A stretch of DNA of 64,000 nt from Diplonema japonicum. Lineage: Eukaryota; Protista; Euglenozoa: Diplonemea. Both the position numbers and the translations under genes were made by a program. Numbering within the stretch: the stretch's first letter is position 1; each line of letters starts with the position of its first letter. Shown here piece by piece: positions 57,123 to 64,000 of the stretch. The DNA lies in assembly GCA_964019335.1 (NCBI GenBank), contig OZ025729.1, positions 124,001-188,000 of the forward strand, in the 5' to 3' direction. Under the pieces are notes generated by a model. It made no database searches. It was not told the origin of the DNA and worked only from the letters and a program-made list of their open reading frames with translations.

Positions 57123-58562
57123 ATGAGCAGCACTTTAACAGTATTTGTGCGGTCTCCTGACTCTCTTCATGATGTCGAGCTCACAGGTGCCAACACGTTA
57201 CAGGACCTTTACACCGCGGTGTCCATCACAACGGAAGCGGAGGTCGGCTCGTTCTTGTTGTACCACGAAGAGACACAGCTGGACAACACCGATTCATGTT
57301 TGGTTTGCGAGACGCTATTGAGCGAGGGCGCTGAAATCAACATGCATCCTGTGAGGGAGAGAACCGTAAAGCTCTTCTGCTTGGCAAAGGAAAAACCGGG
57401 GTTGGAGAAAATTTTAGAAGCCGACCCAGAGTACCTACTAGTATTGGACATATCGGACACTACAGGCGTCTTTGAAGCCGGCGACACCTTACCAAACGGT
57501 CTGCGGAACCTGAAGATTATAGACAGCGGCAGAACGGTTTATAGCCTCCCACCGGGGTTTCTCTTCGCCGGCGATTTTAAATCTGTTCAATTCGATCTCC
57601 CGAAAGTAGGGTCCCTGGGGGACCGATTTCTATGCGGGTGTAAATCCGTCACTAGTGTGGACTTCTCCGGGTTGCGAAATGTTTCCTATTTGGGGCAATG
57701 TTTTCTATCTGACTGTTACATGCTTTCTCAGGTAGACCTGTCCCCCTTACTGAACCGCTTAGAAATCCCCGACAGATTCTGCAACAACTGTACAGCACTG
57801 AATTCCTTCGACCTCTCAGTTTTCACCGGCACGAGCACAACGGGAATGCTGTTCCTGGCAGGGTGTAAAAATATCAAGAAGATTGATCTGTCGCCCATAG
57901 CTGCTTCTGTTCGAACGATAGAAAAGGGGTTCCTGCTTCGGGTCCCGCTTACTTCGGTTGATTTAACAGGTTTCTGTAATGTCAGCACTATCAGGTCGCG
58001 GTTTTTGGAACAGACACGGGTGGCTGCGATCGATCTTAGTCCGTTTGAGAAAGTTACGAAGATTGAGGACGATTTTTTGTCTGGAACGCCTGTAGTGTCT
58101 GTTGATATCTCCCAGATGGCCCGTCTTGCTGTTGTGCAGGATTACTTCCTCAAAGAATGCAACAAACTTACCAATGTCAGCCTCTCTAGCCTTCGTTCTG
58201 TTGGAAACGGGTTTTTGCACTGCTGCACCGCACTCTCAGATGTCGACCTATCGCCCCTCTCTGAGGTGTCGGTCATCGGCGATGACTTTCTCGCTCAAAA
58301 CAGATCCCTTACCTCCGTGAACCTGTCCCCCTTCAGCCTTGTGCGCACCATAGGGATCAACTGCCTCTGCGACTGCAGGTCTCTCACATCCGCCGATTTA
58401 TCTGGTTTGTCAAGCTTGGAAGTTATCAAGCCTGGGTTCATGCAAGGTTGTGTTTCGATGGCTGTCATCGATCTCTCAGGCCTTTCAAACGTTCGGGTTG
58501 TTGGGAAGAGATTCCTGGCGGATACTGCCGTGCCTTCTGAACAACGGAGGCTCCCGGAATAA
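57123..58562 (+). CDS. Ubiquitin-like domain + leucine-rich-repeat (BspA-like) protein
   Basis: Repeated L..VDLS.L..V..IG..FL..C units. Confidence 0.88.
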   Translation: MSSTLTVFVRSPDSLHDVELTGANTLQDLYTAVSITTEAEVGSFLLYHEETQLDNTDSCLVCETLLSEGAEINMHPVRERTVKLFCLAKEKPGLEKILEADPEYLLVLDISDTTGVFEAGDTLPNGLRNLKIIDSGRTVYSLPPGFLFAGDFKSVQFDLPKVGSLGDRFLCGCKSVTSVDFSGLRNVSYLGQCFLSDCYMLSQVDLSPLLNRLEIPDRFCNNCTALNSFDLSVFTGTSTTGMLFLAGCKNIKKIDLSPIAASVRTIEKGFLLRVPLTSVDLTGFCNVSTIRSRFLEQTRVAAIDLSPFEKVTKIEDDFLSGTPVVSVDISQMARLAVVQDYFLKECNKLTNVSLSSLRSVGNGFLHCCTALSDVDLSPLSEVSVIGDDFLAQNRSLTSVNLSPFSLVRTIGINCLCDCRSLTSADLSGLSSLEVIKPGFMQGCVSMAVIDLSGLSNVRVVGKRFLADTAVPSEQRRLPE

Positions 58563-58703
58563 GGGTAAGCGGTATTCCAAATCTACAACCAACACTGGCC
58601 TTTTTATCTCCTTTTTTTTTTTTTTTTTTATTTTTTTTTTTATATATTTGGTGGTTACCGTTTTCCAGATTTCTCTGAAAAAAAAAAAGAAAAAAAAAAA
58701 AAA

Positions 58704-59468
58704 ATGGGAGCCGATCAAGATCTCTCCAACGCTCAAGCCCAACCGGTGGCTGCCCCTCTTTACTACCCAGAACAACAGCAACAGTTTCAACAACAACAAC
58801 AACAACAACAGTTTCAACAAGTACAGGTCCAGCAGGTGATGGCACAGCAGCCACAGATAGTGGTGACACAGGCAGCACCGTTGGATGCCTCCACCTCATG
58901 GGCCACAGGTGTCTGTGGGGGATGCTCTTGCGAACCTCTTTGCTGCAATGTGTATTGGTGCTCTCCTTGCATGACAGGTAGAAACCATAATGCAGTGATG
59001 AAGGAAGTTCCGGACAACATGGACTACAAGGTCTGTGGCTTAATCACGGCAGTGGGGGTGGGAGGCGAGGCGACAAGGATCATTGTTGGTGCTGCCGTTG
59101 ACACCACAATCTTCCCGTTTGGGGCGCTGTTGGCGTGGATGATTACTTCCTGCTACACACAGAAGCACAGAACAGCACTTCGAACCAAGTATGGTATACC
59201 AGGTGACGCATGCATTGACTGCTTATCTTCGTGGTTCTGCACCCCGTGCGTGATGTGCCAGCACCATGTAGAGGCCACTCGGAGAGGTTTCCAGCCTGGT
59301 CTTGTGTGCTGCAAAGCTCAGCCTGCCTTGGTTACTGCTCACACTGGGCAGGTCGTGCAGCCAGCGTACCCTATGACGCAGGTGGCAGTGCAACCTGCTC
59401 CTGCTGCGCCCTCTGCTATGGTGCCTGTGACTTCAATAGCACCCCCGCAGGGTCAAGCGGTGGTGTGA
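58704..59468 (+). CDS. PLAC8-family protein
   Basis: W.TGVCG, CCNVYWCSPC, DCLSSWFCTPCVMCQH. Confidence 0.9.
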   Translation: MGADQDLSNAQAQPVAAPLYYPEQQQQFQQQQQQQQFQQVQVQQVMAQQPQIVVTQAAPLDASTSWATGVCGGCSCEPLCCNVYWCSPCMTGRNHNAVMKEVPDNMDYKVCGLITAVGVGGEATRIIVGAAVDTTIFPFGALLAWMITSCYTQKHRTALRTKYGIPGDACIDCLSSWFCTPCVMCQHHVEATRRGFQPGLVCCKAQPALVTAHTGQVVQPAYPMTQVAVQPAPAAPSAMVPVTSIAPPQGQAVV

Positions 59469-59513
<45 letters not shown>

Positions 59514-59546
59514 TTGCCTTTTTTTTTGATGGGAAAACATTCCTAT

Positions 59547-59582
<36 letters not shown>

Positions 59583-60269
59583 GTGATACACTAGTTGGAA
59601 AGAGAACGGAGAAAAAAAAAAAAAAAAGGGAGGGGAAGGGGGAAAAAAAAAGTTTCCCCTTTTTATCTTTTTTTCAAAGTTCTCTTTCTTTTTTTTCTTT
59701 TTTTTCTTTTTTTTTTTTCTCTGTTAATTTCGTTTTCTTCCTCTGCCTCTCTTTTTTTTCTCTTTTTCTTTTTCCTCTTTTTCCTCCCTCTTTCGGGAAG
59801 AAAAAAGAATTTTTTTTGTCCACAAGAAAAAAAAGAAATGATATGGCTTCTGCTACTCTTTCCTTCGAGTCCCAACACAAAAAGAGTAGAAAAGAATCGG
59901 GCAGAACACTTTCTAACACTATTCCCGAAAGAAAAGGGAGGGGTATAAAAAAAAAACAAAAAAAGATGAAGAAAGGAACACTTGTATTGGGAGGGGGAGG
60001 GGGGGAAATGGAGAGGAAAGGGGAAAAAAAAACTTCTCTCTTTCCATCCCCCCCCCCCCCCCCACCACCTATTTTCCTTTTTTAAACAAAAGAAATTGTA
60101 TTCGCTCCTTTTTTCTGATAAAAAAAAAACACAAAAAAAAAAAAAAACAAAACCTAGCTACTGCAACCTATCTATGGCTTTTCCTTTTTTTTTTCTTTTT
60201 TTTTCTTTCTCTTTTTTTTCTTTTTTTTTTTTTTCCCATGTGTCATTTTTGAGCATAACATATTTGAGG

Positions 60270-60298
<29 letters not shown>

Positions 60299-60302
<4 letters not shown>

Positions 60303-61099
60303 GAGTGGAAGAAGTCTCACAAGCCTCAGCGCCCCCTCCAGCCCCCGGGCCTGCGTCACAACCTGTTGCATACATGCAGGACCCTCAAGTACAACCGATG
60401 CCGCATTACGGCGCACCCGGCACCAGCCAGCCCGCGGTGGCTGTACCAATGGTGGTAGGCCGCGCAGGCAGGCTAGACATGTGGAACGACGATCTCTTTG
60501 CAAACTGCAACTGCGAGCCTCTTTGCTGTAATGTGTACTGGTGCGGCCCTTGCATGACAGGTAGAAACCAAGGAGCTATTGAACAAAATGCTCCAGATCA
60601 CATGGACTGCACCTCATGCGGGCTGATCGTCGGTGCGGGAATAGTAGGCGAAGGGGCTAGGATTGCTTTGGAACTTTCACTGGATATTGCGTTACCTCAA
60701 GTCGGGGGAAGCTTGATGTGGTTGCTCACAGCATGCTACACCCAGCGTCACAGGTCCTCCCTCAGAAGGAGGTACGGGATCCAAGGAGAGGAATGCGGTG
60801 ATTGTGTAACCTCGTGGTTCTGCACGCCGTGTGCCATTTGCCAGCACCACTCTGAGATTACCCGTAGAGGTACCTCCCCCGGGTATATGTGCTGCCACCC
60901 CAACCCTTCCCAGCATAATGTTGTTGCTGTGCAAGCTACGCAGCCTGCTTATGTGGCAAACCAGGGTCAAGCGCCGCCTTACCAGCCGTACCCCGTGCAG
61001 GGTGGATGTGCTCAGGTTGGGTATCCTGCTGCTCCACTTCAGCAGCAGCCTGTTGGGTATTACCCTCAGGCCGCACAGGTCCAGCAGCCTGCTGTTTGA
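60299..61099 (+). CDS. PLAC8-family protein
   Basis: CCNVYWCGPC, DCVTSWFCTPCAICQH; tandem paralog of 58704. Confidence 0.9.
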
Positions 61100-61250
61100 A
61101 GAGGGGGGGAAAAAGAGTTTTTTTTTCATTTTTTTTTTTTCTGTTCTCAATATTTTTGTTTCAATTTTTTTTTTTTTTTTTTTTTTTTTCCTCTTTTTTT
61201 TCTCAATATTCTCAATATTTTTTTTTTTTTCTTGTTTTGAAATTTTAGTC

Positions 61251-61298
<48 letters not shown>

Positions 61299-61307
<9 letters not shown>

Positions 61308-61822
61308 CTCGAGCCGGGTTTTCAAGGGTGGGAGTGAAAAAAAAGATTTTATCTACTTTCTACATTATGTCACTCCCAGCTTTATTTTCACTCCCAGTTT
61401 ACCTTGAAATTAGGCCCAGGAGTGAAATAATGTTCGAGCGTGAAGTAATGTAACATTATTTCACCCCTGGGCCTGCAGTTCGACCCCTGCAACATAGTGT
61501 GTCAGGCATATGCAGCTTGCATGTTTGCAAGCGGGATGACGCACAAACTGAAATTATTTAGCGACGACACTCTGTAACCCAAATCCCACTTTTCACCTGT
61601 TGCAACCCTGCAACCTCCCACCCTTTCAAACCCGGCTCTTGTTAAATAAAACAACGTATTAGTGAAAATAAGAGCATTATTCCACTTGTGGTGGCAGGTT
61701 TAACTCGTAGCTTTTTCCCACGGGATATTAGTTCACTCGCTTCGCTCGTGAACTAAGATCCCTCCCCCTGCCACCACGCGTGAATTAATGCTATCTTATT
61801 TTCACTTAATAAATAGCTATTT
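61299..61822 (+). mobile_element. Asymmetric-IR + hairpin element, subfamily 3
   Basis: 5' TATATAACTCGAGCCGGGTTT..AAGGGTGGGAG is inverted at ~61615-61650, followed by a ~155-nt hairpin (61656-61811) and the end AAATAGCTATT. Confidence 0.75.
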
Positions 61823-62689
61823 TTTTTTTTTTTTTGACTTTGTTGAACAAAATGAGGAAGCTGTTCGTTTATTTTTAAATGTCTTTTTTTTTTTTTTTTT
61901 TTTTTCTACGGGTTTATTAGCTTCCGGGCTTTTTTTTACGAAGAACTACCAGTTCTTCAATTTTTTTCTCTTTTTTTAGTATTTGTAGTTTTTGTTTCTT
62001 TTTCCCCCCTCCCTACAATTTTAATATTATTTCCCCTTTCTCATGGGGTTGGAGGGAGGGGCTGGGTGTGAGAATATATAAAAGCAAATTTTGATTTTTA
62101 AAGAGGGAATCACAACAAAGGGTAGTAAAGCCAACAAAGGTGCATAAAGTAAAAAATTATATTTCTTTTTTTTACTAAACTAAGTAATCCAGACAGCATC
62201 GATTTCTATCCCGTCTTTGCTCCTTTTTCACTATCCCTTGTTTCTTTATAACTAAATATCGTGAAGGATAAAATAAAAGAAAAAAGAAATTCGGCCTTCA
62301 GTACTTGTTTGTGTACAATTACAGGTTATTCTTTTCACAATTCTGCTCTCGAGCACATTTAGATTTTTGGTTGACGATTGCAATTGTGAATCACAGTTTA
62401 TTTTTTTCACTTTTTTTTTTTTTCTCCCTCTTTTCTTTTTTGATCTTGCCCAATTTCTTTTTTCATTTTCACCTCCCCCGCCCGTCTCTGCCTACCCTAA
62501 TGTTCTTTTCCTTCTTTTTTTTTCTTCCCCTTCTCTTTTCACCATTTCCATAAACCTATAATATTTACTTAATAACGCGTTCTTTTTTTAAAACATAACT
62601 ACTACAACAACAAAAAAAGAATAACAACTTCTACAGATTTGCTAAAGCTCAAAAAAAAAAAAAAGAACTTACAACAACAAATAACAACC

Positions 62690-64000
62690 ATGATACACCG
62701 CATGCTGCTGCTGGTAGCCTGTGCAGGAGCTGTGTCAGCTATCTGCCCGACGGAGGGGCCTTCCTTTGACCGGGTTGCTGGGACACCGTATGCCTGCTCT
62801 TCGTCTACGACAAGCGATGTGCACCTTTACTGGACGGTGGAGGGGGGGTCCGTTCACATGGCTCTCGCTGTTCAGGATGTGTCTGGGTGGGTGTCTCTGA
62901 GCTTCCCCACGACACGGGGGACGATGGTCCCTGCGGAGGCGGTGTCCGGATACGGGACGATGGTCGGGAGGCAGCGGGTGACGGCTCGGAACCCATCCGG
63001 TGTGGCGGCGGACAACACCGTTCTCACCGACGTCAGCAACATGGAGATCTCGACCCTCACCATCGGGGGGTCCTCCTACCGTGTTCTTCGCTTCACGAGG
63101 ACTGTCGCAAGCATCCCCTCCGCCACCCTCTCCGTGAACTACGCCTACCACTCCACCTCCAACACCTTCCCTGCTGACAGGCACACCACTCGCGGCGGCT
63201 GGAAGGCCGACCTCCCTCTCGACATCCCTTGCACTCCTTCCTCGAACCCTGACTTCCAGTGCCAGATGTCTGTTGACTCGAGGGCGATGCTTCACTGGGC
63301 GGCCCTCTCCAACGGTACTGTGGATGCACAGCTTGTCGTGTCTCAGAACACTGCTGGGTGGGCGGCTGTTGGTTTCCCTTCGACTGGCTTCAACATGATC
63401 GGCTCGAAGGCTCTTGTCTCTGATGGGATGGTGTACGACTTGAACGGGAAGAACCCCTCTCTTGTTGTTCCTGCCACTGACATGGGTGCTTTTGACTCCA
63501 CCTACACAACAGTGATGTCTGGTGACCAAGTTCTTCGCTTCACCACTGTTGTTACCCCTGGATCTGAGATGAACCTTGTTGTGGCCTACCACACCACTTC
63601 TTCTGGTTTCCCTGTTGCAAGGCACGAGGAACGATTCGGTGTTGAAGTTCTCATCACATCTACTCCAACTCCTACTCCTCCACCTGCTGTTGTCACTCCA
63701 CCATCGTGCACTCCTTCCTCGAACCCTGACTTCCAGTGCCAAATGTCTGTTGACTCGAGGGCGATGCTTCACTGGGCGGCCCTCTCCAACGGCACTGTGG
63801 ATGCACAGCTTGTAGTGTCTCAGAACACTGCTGGGTGGGCGGCTGTTGGTTTCCCTTCGACTGGCTTCAACATGATCGGCTCGAAGGCTCTTGTCTCTGA
63901 TGGGATGGTGTACGACTTGAACGGGAAGAACCCCTCTCTTGTTGTTCCTGCCACTGACATGGGTGCTTTTGACTCCACCTACACAACAGTGATGTCTGGT
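62690..64000 (+). CDS. Secreted tandem DOMON-domain protein (3' incomplete; absent from the ORF track)
   Basis: Signal peptide MIHRMLLLVACAGAVSA; GW..(L/V).FP....M...A and later H motifs; frame open to the window end; 63230-63523 repeated at 63707-64000. Confidence 0.85.
   Translation, partial: MIHRMLLLVACAGAVSAICPTEGPSFDRVAGTPYACSSSTTSDVHLYWTVEGGSVHMALAVQDVSGWVSLSFPTTRGTMVPAEAVSGYGTMVGRQRVTARNPSGVAADNTVLTDVSNMEISTLTIGGSSYRVLRFTRTVASIPSATLSVNYAYHSTSNTFPADRHTTRGGWKADLPLDIPCTPSSNPDFQCQMSVDSRAMLHWAALSNGTVDAQLVVSQNTAGWAAVGFPSTGFNMIGSKALVSDGMVYDLNGKNPSLVVPATDMGAFDSTYTTVMSGDQVLRFTTVVTPGSEMNLVVAYHTTSSGFPVARHEERFGVEVLITSTPTPTPPPAVVTPPSCTPSSNPDFQCQMSVDSRAMLHWAALSNGTVDAQLVVSQNTAGWAAVGFPSTGFNMIGSKALVSDGMVYDLNGKNPSLVVPATDMGAFDSTYTTVMSG

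Noticed and set aside
61469-61492. GTTCGA B-box-like motif suggesting a tRNA
   Set aside because: No cloverleaf or A-box could be built, and it lies inside a hairpin element.
62735-63772. 345-aa minus-strand ORF and other long antisense ORFs (e.g. 29453-30409, 47611-48450)
   Set aside because: They are shadows of recognisable plus-strand CDSs and have no motifs of their own.
1-64000. Spliced-leader RNA gene, rRNA or snRNA genes
   Set aside because: No sequence I could recognise as such. A covariance-model search would be needed to exclude small ncRNAs.

Overview
Eukaryotic protist DNA, most likely a euglenozoan such as a diplonemid. This is an inference from about 21 host genes all on the + strand, GT(A/T/G)TG-type splice donors and the gene families present. 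GC-balanced CDSs are separated by intergenic DNA full of very long A, T, C and G homopolymers, and most start codons sit directly behind an A-run. Recognisable genes are AP-2 mu, SMC3, a centrin-like EF-hand protein, a FLVCR-like MFS transporter, Ubl-FKBP, a Plus3-like protein, a GST, an FkbM methyltransferase, an adenylate cyclase, a Ubl-LRR protein, four PLAC8 paralogs and a DOMON-repeat protein. Six genes carry tiny (34-65 nt) GT-AG introns, mostly filled with poly(A) instead of a polypyrimidine tract. The window is rich in transposons. There are two related non-LTR retrotransposon families. One has a full-length copy whose ORF1 and OTU-APE-RT-zinc-knuckle ORF2 are in the same frame, separated by a single TGA and a ubiquitin-like RGG motif. 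Both families lack a poly(A) tail, end in a stem-loop and make 6-bp TSDs. Also present are piggyBac and pogo relics, further TIR elements, and three subfamilies of asymmetric-IR plus hairpin (Helentron/HINE-like) elements.
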